This document shows positions 21,438 to 30,987 of a stretch of DNA of 64,000 nucleotides, one piece after another. The stretch's first letter is position 1. Each line of letters starts with the position of its first letter. A program made the translations under genes and the position numbers. Location: positions 1,120,001 to 1,184,000 of the forward strand of contig OY969811.1 in assembly GCA_963703315.1 (NCBI GenBank), written 5' to 3'. This stretch comes from an uncultured cyanobacterium. GTDB lineage: Bacteria > Cyanobacteriota > Cyanobacteriia > Pseudanabaenales > Pseudanabaenaceae. A model generated the notes under the pieces. It made no database searches. It was not told where the DNA came from and saw only the letters and a list, made by a program, of their open reading frames with translations.

Positions 21438-22356
21438 TGGTTCCCAATGCCCCTGGTGAACCAGTTAAGGTTCTACGCGGTGAACAGGTGATGATGGTAA
21501 TAATTAGAGTCATGATATAGGGAGCAGCATTAAATAGGTAACGATAAGAACTAATGCCCACTGCCTGTAAAGAAGGACCGATCGCCTGTGCGCCACCAAA
21601 TAGCAACGCAGCCCATAGACAATGAATCGGTTGCCATCGCGCAAAAATAACTAGGGCAACCGCCATTAAACCCTGTCCGCTAGAGATGCGCTCTGACCAT
21701 AGCCCAGGGTAATAGAGTGATAAACTCGCGCCACCAACTCCTGCTAAAAAACTACCCGCCACGATCGCACAGGTACGCACCCCCACCACCGAAATTCCCA
21801 TTGCTCTAGCGGCACTAGGACTATCACCCACAGCCCGCACATACAGTCCCCAACGGGTTGAGCTAAAGAACCACTGCATCAAAGGCGCGATAGCAATGCC
21901 AATTAGCAATAAAGGACTGATTTTCAGGGCATCCTGCACCTGTGGATAGCTGCTCCAATTACCTAACTCAAACACAGGTAAGGGAATTGCTTTAGGTTGA
22001 ATAAATGCCTTGCCAAAGAAAAAAGCAATTCCACTACCAAAAATAATCATCGCAATGCCAACAGCAACATCACTCACCCTCGGCCGTTGTGATAACCAAG
22101 CATGAATCAGTCCCAGTCCCACACCAGCCATCCCTGCGGCAAAAACACCTAACCAAGGCGATTTGGTTAAATAGGAAACTGCATAGGCGGTCATCGCACC
22201 TGTAAGCAAGGTTCCCTCCAAACCGAGGTTAATCTTTCCTGCTTTTTCGGTAAGACATTCACCCAAGCTCACAAACAGAAATGGAGCGCTACCACGAAAT
22301 GTCCCCGCAAGAATTGCTAGAGGGACGCTCATCCAACCAAGTGTATCGTCTGCCAT
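21430..22356 (-). CDS. ABC transporter permease (nucleoside/BMP type)
   Basis: 'GECLTEKAGKINLGLEG', 'RAVGDSPSAARAMG', multiple TM segments. Confidence 0.9.
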   Translation of the reverse strand: MADDTLGWMSVPLAILAGTFRGSAPFLFVSLGECLTEKAGKINLGLEGTLLTGAMTAYAVSYLTKSPWLGVFAAGMAGVGLGLIHAWLSQRPRVSDVAVGIAMIIFGSGIAFFFGKAFIQPKAIPLPVFELGNWSSYPQVQDALKISPLLLIGIAIAPLMQWFFSSTRWGLYVRAVGDSPSAARAMGISVVGVRTCAIVAGSFLAGVGGASLSLYYPGLWSERISSGQGLMAVALVIFARWQPIHCLWAALLFGGAQAIGPSLQAVGISSYRYLFNAAPYIMTLIITIITCSPRRTLTGSPGALGTNE

Positions 22357-22469
22357 AGTTTTACATTTCCAGCCAAATACAAATTATCTAAACCAATAAA
22401 TAACCCGATTTTTTGTGGCGCGGCGTAGCCGCGCCACAAAAAATCGGCTCTTTATTTTCTTGTAAGTCC

Positions 22470-23558
22470 CTAAACCGCACTTGCAGAAGCATCAATTTTT
22501 ACTTCAGGTTCGCGATCTTTAAAGAAGTCTAAACGTCCATACAGAGATTCGCTAAACAGAATTGCGAGGAAAACAATGCCTTGGAAAAGTAGAACTGTGG
22601 CATCGGGCAATCCAAACGATCGCTGGAGGGCGCTACCACTTGAGAGAATACCTCCCATTAATACCGCAACTAGCACTGCTACAAGGGGATTTTGGCGAGC
22701 GATAAAGGCAACCAGAATACCGCTATATCCATAATCAGCATTGAGTGAGGCATTTGCACTTCCATGAATCGCGGCAACTTCCACCATGCCCGCTAAACCT
22801 GCACAGGAACCACCTAAGAAGGAAACGATTAATGTTAGTTTGCCAACGGGTAAACCTGCAATTTTGGCAGCACGGATGTTACCGCCAATGGTGCGAACCG
22901 CAAAGCCAAACGTAGTGCGATGAATTAGAAAATAGGCGATCGCACAGGCGACTAATCCATAAATCAATCCATAATGCACTCGCGAATTAGGAATACTTTG
23001 CAGCATATTTACGGCTGCTAAAGGGAAACTGGAAGGTTTATTTAAACTGGAAGGATCGCGCATCGGACCTTCAACTAAGGTATTGAGGACAGCGATCGCA
23101 ATGTAGTTCATCAATAAGCTACTAATGGTTTCGTTGACACCTCGATAATACTTAATCGCGCCCACAAACATAATCCAAAGTCCACCAGCAATAATCCCTG
23201 CGATTGCCATCCCAATCTGCACCATTAGTGACGGTAATGAGGCTAGGGCTAAACCCATCGCAATCGCCCCTAACCCACCAACAATCAGCGCACCTTCATT
23301 ACCAATGATCGTCAAGCCCAACATCGCAGGTAAAGCGGTACAGAGCGATGTCAGCATCAGAGGAGCCGACCGAATTAAAGTACCTTGCCAAGAGAAACTG
23401 TTCCCAAAAGCAGATTGATAGATCGTTCCATAAATTGCCAGTGGATTCTTGCCCTGCATAGCACAAAAAATCCCGAAGACAACTAACGAAGCAATGACTG
23501 CTCCAATCGGAATGAGAATATTCTCAGAGGTCGAACGCCAGCGATCGCGTAAATTCAT
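22470..23558 (-). CDS. ABC transporter permease (nucleoside/BMP type)
   Basis: 'IIGNEG', 'VNETISSLLMNY', 'TTFGFAVRTIGGN'; start moved to ATG 23558. Confidence 0.9.
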   Translation of the reverse strand: MNLRDRWRSTSENILIPIGAVIASLVVFGIFCAMQGKNPLAIYGTIYQSAFGNSFSWQGTLIRSAPLMLTSLCTALPAMLGLTIIGNEGALIVGGLGAIAMGLALASLPSLMVQIGMAIAGIIAGGLWIMFVGAIKYYRGVNETISSLLMNYIAIAVLNTLVEGPMRDPSSLNKPSSFPLAAVNMLQSIPNSRVHYGLIYGLVACAIAYFLIHRTTFGFAVRTIGGNIRAAKIAGLPVGKLTLIVSFLGGSCAGLAGMVEVAAIHGSANASLNADYGYSGILVAFIARQNPLVAVLVAVLMGGILSSGSALQRSFGLPDATVLLFQGIVFLAILFSESLYGRLDFFKDREPEVKIDASASAV

Positions 23559-23640
23559 ATACTTATGGCTATTTTGTAATAGTTGATATTCAATCATGTA
23601 GAGAAGAACCGCATTGCGGTTCTTCTCTACATGATTGGAT

Positions 23641-24837
23641 TTAGCTCTTAACGCTACCAATAACTCCTTCTACAAACCAATCCATCTTTTCCAGATCAAT
23701 ATCCGTTTGCTTGTATTCTTTACCCTTGGCAATCACAACCTTGCCAGTATTGTCTTTCATCTCACCAGCATAGATCACCATGCTGCCATCCATGAACTTC
23801 GCCATCACCTTCTCTGCTTCCTTCTTCGTTGCTGCACTCACCGCACTGCCAAAGGGAGAGATTTTACAGAACTTTTCTTTTAGTCCACCACGTAATAGGT
23901 GTGGAATACCTCCATCAGTAACCGACTTACCAGCCTTGAACCATTCCACGTATTGAGTATATACGCTAGTCCAATCCCATTCTGCACCTGTTAGATAACC
24001 ATTAGGAGCAAGCTTCGACTGATTGGCATGATAACCAGTACAGAAGATCTTACGTTTCTCCGCAGTTTCCATCACCACCTTGGGGCTATCTACGTGACAG
24101 GTTAATACATCTACGCCTTGGTCAACCATGCTATTAGCAGCTTCTGCTTCCTTCACAGGAACCGACCAATCACCCGTAAAAATAACTTGCACTGTTGCCT
24201 TAGGATTGACACTACGAGCGCCAAGAGTGTAGCTATTAATGTTGCGAACTACCTGTGGAATTGGTTTTGCAGCCACAAATCCTAATTTGCCCAATTTGGT
24301 CGTCAGACCCGCAACCACTCCTGCAATATATTCTGCTTCATCAATGTAGCCATAATAGCTGCCAATGTTTTTAGGATGTTTACCTTCTGTATACATACCG
24401 CCACAATGGAAGAATTGTACCTTGGGATTATCTGCCGCAACTTTGAGAATATGGGGATCAAAATAACCAAAGGATGTCGGAAATAGTGCAGAAACTTTAT
24501 CTTGATTAATCATGCTTAGCATCGTTTCCTGCACTGTCGCAGTTTCAGCAACACTAGCTTCACTTATGGTCTTGACATTAGGCAATTTGGCGATCGCTTG
24601 TTCACCTTCATAGTGAGCTTGACTGTAGCCAAAATCATCCTTAGGTCCTACATAGATAAACCCAATAGTTGACAATGCTGCCGTCGGCGATCCTGATGTA
24701 TTCGGAGATCCTGTAGTAGCAGTATTTGTAGGTGCTTGCTCAGTGCAACCTACCCAAAGTTGAGAAGTTGCTCCAAAAGCTGCTGTAGCGATCGCGCCTC
24801 GAATAAACTTGCGACGGGGAATATAGATTGGACTCAT
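23641..24837 (-). CDS. BMP-family ABC substrate-binding lipoprotein with Tat-like signal
   Basis: RRKFI twin-Arg, VGC lipobox-like, 'GFIYVGPKDDFGYSQAH', 'MDWFVEGV'. Confidence 0.9.
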   Translation of the reverse strand: MSPIYIPRRKFIRGAIATAAFGATSQLWVGCTEQAPTNTATTGSPNTSGSPTAALSTIGFIYVGPKDDFGYSQAHYEGEQAIAKLPNVKTISEASVAETATVQETMLSMINQDKVSALFPTSFGYFDPHILKVAADNPKVQFFHCGGMYTEGKHPKNIGSYYGYIDEAEYIAGVVAGLTTKLGKLGFVAAKPIPQVVRNINSYTLGARSVNPKATVQVIFTGDWSVPVKEAEAANSMVDQGVDVLTCHVDSPKVVMETAEKRKIFCTGYHANQSKLAPNGYLTGAEWDWTSVYTQYVEWFKAGKSVTDGGIPHLLRGGLKEKFCKISPFGSAVSAATKKEAEKVMAKFMDGSMVIYAGEMKDNTGKVVIAKGKEYKQTDIDLEKMDWFVEGVIGSVKS

Positions 24838-24961
24838 GCCTTCACACCTTTTCAAGATTGAATGTTCTGAGAGTTAAGAAAGAAATACTACATAGAAATC
24901 TACAATGCTCATGAAGTTATCAAATATCATTTGTAACAAATGTATCACTAACTACTTGAGA

Positions 24962-25192
24962 TATACAGCAAAGCAAGCAAGGTACAGAAGATTGTTTCCC
25001 CGCCAAAGGTGGGGAAACAATCCCGTACTTCACTAGAGTGTGAAATGCTATAGCGATCGCCATTTGTATAAATACCAGAAGAGGAATAGCGCCGCTATTC
25101 CTCTTCTGGGGTTGTGTCCTAACAAGACTAGCGACAGTTATCTAAAAACCCCAAAAGATAGGTGCAACGTTGCACCTATCTTTTGGGGTTTG
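24962..25192. repeat. Stack of degenerate family A, reverse family B and a loopless palindrome
   Basis: attgtttccccgcc-aaa-ggtggggaaacaat; ccagaagaggaatagcg-c-cgctattcctcttctgg; aaaccccaaaagataggtgcaacgttgcacctatcttttggggttt. Confidence 0.75.
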
Positions 25193-25194
25193 AC

Positions 25195-26913
25195 TTAGAA
25201 ACTAAACACTGCTTGCAGGTTACCAACAAAGATAGTTGGGTTACTACTGAAGTTATTAGGATTAAAGATGAAATAAGCAGAGGGAACTATAGAAATGTTC
25301 TTAGTGACAGGATAGATGTAAGACAGTTCAAGATCGTACTGAGTGCCACCATTGCCATTACCAGCTACAGGAAGAGTTCCAGTGTACTTAAATGGCATTC
25401 CAAAGGAAATCATTGCTTGAGCGCCATCCTTGAATAAATCAGGGAATGCTAAGCCAAATTGGAATGTGTTAATAATAGCGTTCCCCAAAGAGACACTACC
25501 AGTTTTGACGTTGGTTGTACCGTAGCCATAACGACCAAACACACCAAATCCTTTGGTAACTAGCCAATCAAAGTTCGCAACAAAATTGTCAGATTGTCCA
25601 TTGTTACCAGTAAATGTACCAGGTAAGAAGCCTGCACCACCGATAGTAGTACCACCACCACCAGGATTCTCAACGTTGGCACGACTATAAATCAGTCTCA
25701 ACTTAAATGAGTCGCTGGGTTTAAATCCAAGTTCGGCAGTGATAGCACTAGAGCCACCAAATAGACCTTTGTTTGGGTTGGAAGCAGCATTGGGGCTAGA
25801 AAACTCAAGGCTTTCAGACAAGTAACCAACCTTGAAATCAAAGTAGTCACCCAATGGAGTCATGAAAATCGCACCAGCACCACGCTTAGCTGTGGTTAGC
25901 AAAGAGCTATTGATGGAGTTAAAAGTGGTGTTCCAAGGATAGAGGAAACGGTTGCCATCAAAGTACTTGTAGAAGTTAAGGCGAGGACCAACAACAAAAC
26001 TAGCTTTTTCAAATACTGGGAACTGATAGGACAACTCACGTAATACAAAAGTATTGGCTGCTGCACCCGCCGTTTGATCAGTAAAAGGAGTACCAGTTGA
26101 GTTGAAGAATCCATTGGATAAGTATTCATTCGCAGGCGAGCTACCGTTACCAACGGCTAGCTGAGTCACTAATGAATCTTTGCCAGTGAAAGAAGTATTT
26201 AAAGTCAACCAAACTAGACCACTCATGGTCACATTGGGTCTCGTCGCAGGTGATGGTAATCCTTCCCTTGCAACAGTTCCACTGGTTGCACCTGTGACAT
26301 TAAAGAATGCCAAACCACTGAGCTTAGTAGTTGTGGAGAATTGTTGAGCTTCTAGTTTAGCAACCTTAGCATCTAGAGCATCAACCCGACCGCGCAAAGT
26401 CGCTAGTTCCGCAGCAAATTCTTCTTGCAGCTTTTGGAGAGTAGCGAGATCTTCTTTGCTGACCTTATCAGCTAGACCTGCGGAAATGATTTCGTTGATC
26501 TTGTCTAAGCAAGCATTTAAACCTGCGGCGAACTCATAACGGCTGGTTGCTTGCTTGCCGCGAAATGTGCGATCAGGATAACCTGCAATACATCCATATC
26601 GCTCTACTAGAGATTGCAAGGCGGTAAATGCCCAATCGGTAGGCTTTACGTCACTCAATTGTGAGACAGAAGTGACATTTTGCGCGACGTTATTTTTAGA
26701 CCGTAATAGTTCAGTATTAATTGTCCGAATTGTTTCTGATTCACTCAACTTCACTTCGGTTACAGGCATTGAAGACTGTAAAGTTGGTACGGAAGTTGGA
26801 ACTGAAGCTTGAGATTGGACTTGTGATTGACTTACAGTTTCGGCATTTGCACCTGTAGCTGTAGCAAGGACACTTAGCCCCAATAGAATTGAGAAATTAC
26901 TGACTTTTTTCAT
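25195..26913 (-). CDS. Cyanobacterial SLH-domain outer-membrane porin (SomA/OprB family)
   Basis: 'VTSVSQLSDVKPTDWAFTALQSLVERYGCIAGYPD', 'QFSTTTKLSG', C-terminal Phe. Confidence 0.95.
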   Translation of the reverse strand: MKKVSNFSILLGLSVLATATGANAETVSQSQVQSQASVPTSVPTLQSSMPVTEVKLSESETIRTINTELLRSKNNVAQNVTSVSQLSDVKPTDWAFTALQSLVERYGCIAGYPDRTFRGKQATSRYEFAAGLNACLDKINEIISAGLADKVSKEDLATLQKLQEEFAAELATLRGRVDALDAKVAKLEAQQFSTTTKLSGLAFFNVTGATSGTVAREGLPSPATRPNVTMSGLVWLTLNTSFTGKDSLVTQLAVGNGSSPANEYLSNGFFNSTGTPFTDQTAGAAANTFVLRELSYQFPVFEKASFVVGPRLNFYKYFDGNRFLYPWNTTFNSINSSLLTTAKRGAGAIFMTPLGDYFDFKVGYLSESLEFSSPNAASNPNKGLFGGSSAITAELGFKPSDSFKLRLIYSRANVENPGGGGTTIGGAGFLPGTFTGNNGQSDNFVANFDWLVTKGFGVFGRYGYGTTNVKTGSVSLGNAIINTFQFGLAFPDLFKDGAQAMISFGMPFKYTGTLPVAGNGNGGTQYDLELSYIYPVTKNISIVPSAYFIFNPNNFSSNPTIFVGNLQAVFSF

Positions 26914-27067
26914 TCCTTCACACCATTAAAGAAATATGACTGATACTTAATATCGAGTAAATAAAATACGACTGCTGCGCGATCGCAGGACTTACTCATA
27001 TTAGTTAGAAGCTATCTATTGAAAACTAACAAACTAGGATAAAGGCAAATGTATTAGAGAATACATT

Positions 27068-27445
27068 CTAGTCCCACTCTTCATCCCAATCGTCATCAAA
27101 ATCATCTTTTTTAATGTTTTTATTAGTTCTAGAAGTATCCTTCTGCACTGTTTTTTTTACTTCTTTTGATGTTTTGGTTGCCGATGATGACTTTGAGAAA
27201 GAATTTCTAGGAGAAAAGCCAGAAAAATTCGGAACAGTTGGTAAATCAAGACTTATGGAAGTTTGCCAGAAAGTCACAAATATGGCTCCTAAACCTCCAC
27301 AAAAAACTAATAATAGTCCTAGCGGTAACTTAATGGATTCCAAACTCAAAAATCTAATATTAACTAGATAGGTATTTTGAGTTGCAAAAATAGCGATCGC
27401 CATTGATGTAATCCATAAGAATATATACAGAGATAATCGAATCAT
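27068..27445 (-). CDS. LapA/DUF1049-like membrane protein
   Basis: 'AIAIFATQN...VNIRFL...LPLGLLL', acidic tail. Confidence 0.7.
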   Translation of the reverse strand: MIRLSLYIFLWITSMAIAIFATQNTYLVNIRFLSLESIKLPLGLLLVFCGGLGAIFVTFWQTSISLDLPTVPNFSGFSPRNSFSKSSSATKTSKEVKKTVQKDTSRTNKNIKKDDFDDDWDEEWD

Positions 27446-27528
27446 TAGATCTATGGGGAATCAGAGCAATTGCCCTTGATTTTACTGCGCGTCCCTGAAT
27501 CTCTCCAAAAAATTAATTTATGTTTGTA

Positions 27529-27557
27529 TTGTCAAATTCTGATTTGTCAGCTATATT
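27529..27557 (+). promoter_or_regulatory. Sigma70-type promoter
   Basis: TTGTCA (27529-27534), 17-nt spacer, TATATT (27552-27557). Confidence 0.55.
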
Positions 27558-27638
27558 ACATTTCAGGTTGAATAAACCTTCGGTGTCAAGCCGAATCACA
27601 CTTGATAATAAACATTTAGACAACAGGAGGTGATGCCC

Positions 27639-27713
27639 ATGCAATCAGATAGTAGTAACGGTAAACGTATGGGTCTTCAGGTTTCCGAGCTGTGTGCTGG
27701 GGCTGTTCTGTAA
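27639..27713 (+). CDS. Candidate 24-aa small protein in a structured small RNA (MQSDSSNGKRMGLQVSELCAGAVL)
   Basis: Strong SD AGGAGGTGA at 27625-27633, upstream promoter, downstream long hairpin. Confidence 0.45.
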   Translation: MQSDSSNGKRMGLQVSELCAGAVL

Positions 27714-27803
27714 GGTGATTTAGTCTATTATCTCTAGTTCGCTAGCCTAATTTACTAGTAAACCTGAGATCCTTCCAGCAGTTGACTGTGACCTAAAGAT
27801 CCA

Positions 27804-27862
27804 AAGTATTCCGAAACAAAAAGACCTAGCCAATGGCTAGGTCTTTTTGTTTCGGAATACTT
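27804..27862. terminator. 28-bp perfect hairpin terminator
   Basis: aagtattccgaaacaaaaagacctagcc-aat-ggctaggtctttttgtttcggaatactt. Confidence 0.8.
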
Positions 27863-27943
27863 CTTTTCCCAATAGACGCGAAAACTAAATCCAGTAAAGA
27901 TTTTCCAAAATTAAAAATGGCTACGCCATTTTTAATTTTGGTA

Positions 27944-29035
27944 TTAAGCACTAGTCAGGAATAAAATCACATCGCCTTCCTGCACCACATATTCTTTACC
28001 TTCACTGCGGAGCAATCCTTTAGCACGGGCAGCACTCATTGCGCCACATTCCACCAGATCTTTAAAGGCAACAGTTTCAGCACGAATAAAGGCTTTCTCG
28101 AAATCAGAGTGAATCACACCTGCGGCTTGGGGGGCTTTCATGCCAGCATGAATTGTCCATGCACGGGCTTCTTTTGGACCGACGGTGAAGTAGGTACGAA
28201 GTCCTAAAAGATGATAGGTTGCCCGAATTAAGGACTTTAAACCGCCTTCTTTAACTCCAAGTGATTCCAAAAAATCCTGACGCTCATCATCTGGAAGTTC
28301 TAGAAGCTCAGCTTCAACTTGTGCCGAGACAATGGTTACTTCGGCATTCTCAGCATCCGCGATCGCCTTAACTTTATCAACAAAAGCATTGCCTGTGGCT
28401 AGATCATCTTCAGAGACATTAGCTGCATAAATTGTGGGCTTCAGGGTAAGTAACTGCAAGACAGAAATCGCTTCTTTCTCTTCATCAGTGAGATTGGCTA
28501 GACGGGCAGGTTTACCAGCATCAAGAGTCTCACGCACTTTTTCAAGGGCAGCTAATTCAACTTTGGCATCAGCATCGGCGCGGGCAGCTTTACGAGTACG
28601 CTCAATGCGGCGATCGACTTGCGATAAGTCAGATAGAGCGAGTTCTAGGGTAATAATTTCAATATCACGGGCAGGATCGATGGAGGCTTCAACGTGAATG
28701 ATGTCGTCATTTTCAAAACAACGCACGACATGAACGATCGCATCACATACTCGAATATTTCCTAAAAATTGATTTCCTAGCCCTTCACCCTTACTTGCGC
28801 CTCTGACTAGTCCCGCTATATCGACAAATTCGACTCTGGTCGGGATAATTTGGGCAGACTTACCGATTTCAGCGAGCGTATTCAGGCGATCGTCAGGGAC
28901 GGACACCGAGCCAACGTTGGGTTCGATCGTACAAAAGGGAAAGTTTGCTGCTTCCGCTTTGGCATTGGCAACTAGAGCATTAAATAAAGTAGACTTCCCC
29001 ACATTGGGTAGTCCGACAATCCCAGCTTTGAGCAT
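27944..29035 (-). CDS. ychF: Redox-regulated ATPase YchF
   Basis: GIVGLPNVGKSTLFN, ANFPFCTIEPN, DIAGLV, EGKEYVVQEGD. Confidence 0.98.
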   Translation of the reverse strand: MLKAGIVGLPNVGKSTLFNALVANAKAEAANFPFCTIEPNVGSVSVPDDRLNTLAEIGKSAQIIPTRVEFVDIAGLVRGASKGEGLGNQFLGNIRVCDAIVHVVRCFENDDIIHVEASIDPARDIEIITLELALSDLSQVDRRIERTRKAARADADAKVELAALEKVRETLDAGKPARLANLTDEEKEAISVLQLLTLKPTIYAANVSEDDLATGNAFVDKVKAIADAENAEVTIVSAQVEAELLELPDDERQDFLESLGVKEGGLKSLIRATYHLLGLRTYFTVGPKEARAWTIHAGMKAPQAAGVIHSDFEKAFIRAETVAFKDLVECGAMSAARAKGLLRSEGKEYVVQEGDVILFLTSA

Positions 29036-29274
29036 GATGGCTATCTAAACGAAAACTTTTTTGACTTGTGCTTATAAATTTTGTCACAAAAGTCTCATCA
29101 AGTGAGACTTTTAGCAAAATTCATAGGAATTTGAAAACCAGTTTTTTATGGTGCGGCTTCGCCGCACCATAAAAAACTGATTCTTTATTAAATCGTCAAA
29201 CCCTTAAGCATTAGCATGGTATTTTTTGTATCTTCGATTGATTGTAAAAACTTTAGACAACGGTTAGATTAAAA

Positions 29275-30495
29275 GTGGCAAAGAACGAAGAATCAAAGAT
29301 GCAAGGCTCCAATCGCTCTCTTGTTGCAAATATTGTGATTGTTATCGTCAGTGTCGGATTGATTGCTTGGGCAATTCGTTTACTACAATCAAAATTTACT
29401 TCTGTTGCAAGTTTAGATGCAGTCGTTAATGGTGTCGTCATTGATATCAAAACACCACAAGAAGGTATTATCAAATCTTTAAATGCAGATACAGGTAGCA
29501 TTATTGAAAAAGATAGTATTTTGTTGTCTGTTGAAAATGACCAAGTTAGCAATCTTCAAGTCAAGCAAACTATGAGTCGTCTGAGTAGTCAGCAATCCCA
29601 ACTTGCTAGCGCCGAAGGACAACTTAATCAATTACTGAGTTTAACGGAGTTATTGCAATCAGATAGCCAAAATCAAAAGCGCCTTGAGGTGACGGAGTAC
29701 GACGATCGCATTGATCAATTTGAGTCAGATCTGAGAGGTGCGATCGCCCGTTCTCAACTTGCTCAAGTTAATTATGATCGTGCAGTTTTCCTTAATAAGG
29801 AAGGAGCTTATTCTCAAGCTGTTCTTGACCTCGCTAAGGCTGAGCTTCAGGCGCGTAAATCTGAAGTTGAGAGTCTTGAAGCCCGTAGGCAAAGTATACT
29901 TGCTAATCGAGAAGCAGCTTCCATAGGGCTAACTCTTGAGCGTACTCGTAGTAACTATGATCCCCGTGTTCGATTAGAAGAAGTTCAGTTACAAATCGAT
30001 AATCAACAACGCACGATCGCTGCCTTGCGTCAAAGCATTGCTGATGCTCAAGGTGAACTTATTGAAGCTAAAGCCGATGTTGAGCGTCGCCGTAACGCGA
30101 TCGTCAAAGCCCCTGTATCTGGAGTAATTTGGAAACTGGATGCTCGTAAAGGACAACTGGTTCGTCAAGAGCAGTCTGTAGGACAGATGCTCGATTGTTC
30201 TAGACGTTGGGTAGATGTATATGTCGAAGAACAGTCGGTTGAGGCAATTCAGATTGGTATGCCTGCCAAAATAGAGTTATATGGTTCGAGAAATCTGGTT
30301 TTAAACGGTACTGTCAGTCTGATTCGCTCTGGTTTAGGACGCTTTAACGCTGGGGAAGATGTTGCCATTACAATTCCCCAAAATTTACCACGCACAACAC
30401 AGGTAAGAGTTGACCTTGATAAAAATTCTGATTTAGGCGCTCCTAAAGTCTTTTGCTATGTTGGCTATACAGGCAAAGTGACGCTAAACAAATAA
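29275..30495 (+). CDS. HlyD-family membrane fusion/adaptor protein
   Basis: N-terminal TM, lipoyl half-motifs 'IKTPQEGII' and 'VKAPVSGVI', long coiled coil. Confidence 0.85.
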   Translation: MAKNEESKMQGSNRSLVANIVIVIVSVGLIAWAIRLLQSKFTSVASLDAVVNGVVIDIKTPQEGIIKSLNADTGSIIEKDSILLSVENDQVSNLQVKQTMSRLSSQQSQLASAEGQLNQLLSLTELLQSDSQNQKRLEVTEYDDRIDQFESDLRGAIARSQLAQVNYDRAVFLNKEGAYSQAVLDLAKAELQARKSEVESLEARRQSILANREAASIGLTLERTRSNYDPRVRLEEVQLQIDNQQRTIAALRQSIADAQGELIEAKADVERRRNAIVKAPVSGVIWKLDARKGQLVRQEQSVGQMLDCSRRWVDVYVEEQSVEAIQIGMPAKIELYGSRNLVLNGTVSLIRSGLGRFNAGEDVAITIPQNLPRTTQVRVDLDKNSDLGAPKVFCYVGYTGKVTLNK

Positions 30496-30575
30496 TTATT
30501 TTCATTTGGCGCTGAATTAAACCCCAAAGCAATTTTTAAAATTGCCGCTTCGCAGTACTTTTAAAAATTGCTTTG

Positions 30576-30664
30576 TAATTAGCTGGGCATAATTAAGAAA
30601 ACAGATCTAAAACCTGTGGCGCAAGCTGCTCGTGCGCCACAGGTTTTAGGAGGCAAGTTACTTA
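30576..30664. repeat. Miniature element, family D (degenerate)
   Basis: taattagctgggcata... with internal ctaaaacctgtggcgc/gcgccacaggttttag stem; relative at 41068-41173. Confidence 0.55.
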
Positions 30665-30987
30665 TGTAACTTTTGAATAACCTTGTCAATACTGAAGTCG
30701 ATATATATAGCAATCTTTATAACTTTTATATAACTTTAAGCGATTGCCAGACTAATTGATGTCAAAGATAATGAAACTGCTTGGGATTAGGAATCTATAA
30801 ATTTGAGCTTAGACCTTTGAAGAGCATTTTAATATAACAGTTTATAGTTTTTGATGCCTGTATATGTTTGAGAGGGTAGCAAAAATGAGCGTTTCAGAGA
30901 AACTTTAAAGTAATTCAATACGGGTCTGGTTATAGATCATCTGCGATAAATTGCAATTTCAATCTATTACATAATCACTTTAAATAT

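Noticed and set aside
24932..24947. NtcA box upstream of the BMP gene (TGTAACAAATGTATCA)
   Set aside because: Right half is ATC rather than TAC, and I saw no -10 element at the canonical spacing.
27639..27713. Type I toxin peptide
   Set aside because: The peptide lacks a hydrophobic TM stretch, and no antisense unit was evident.
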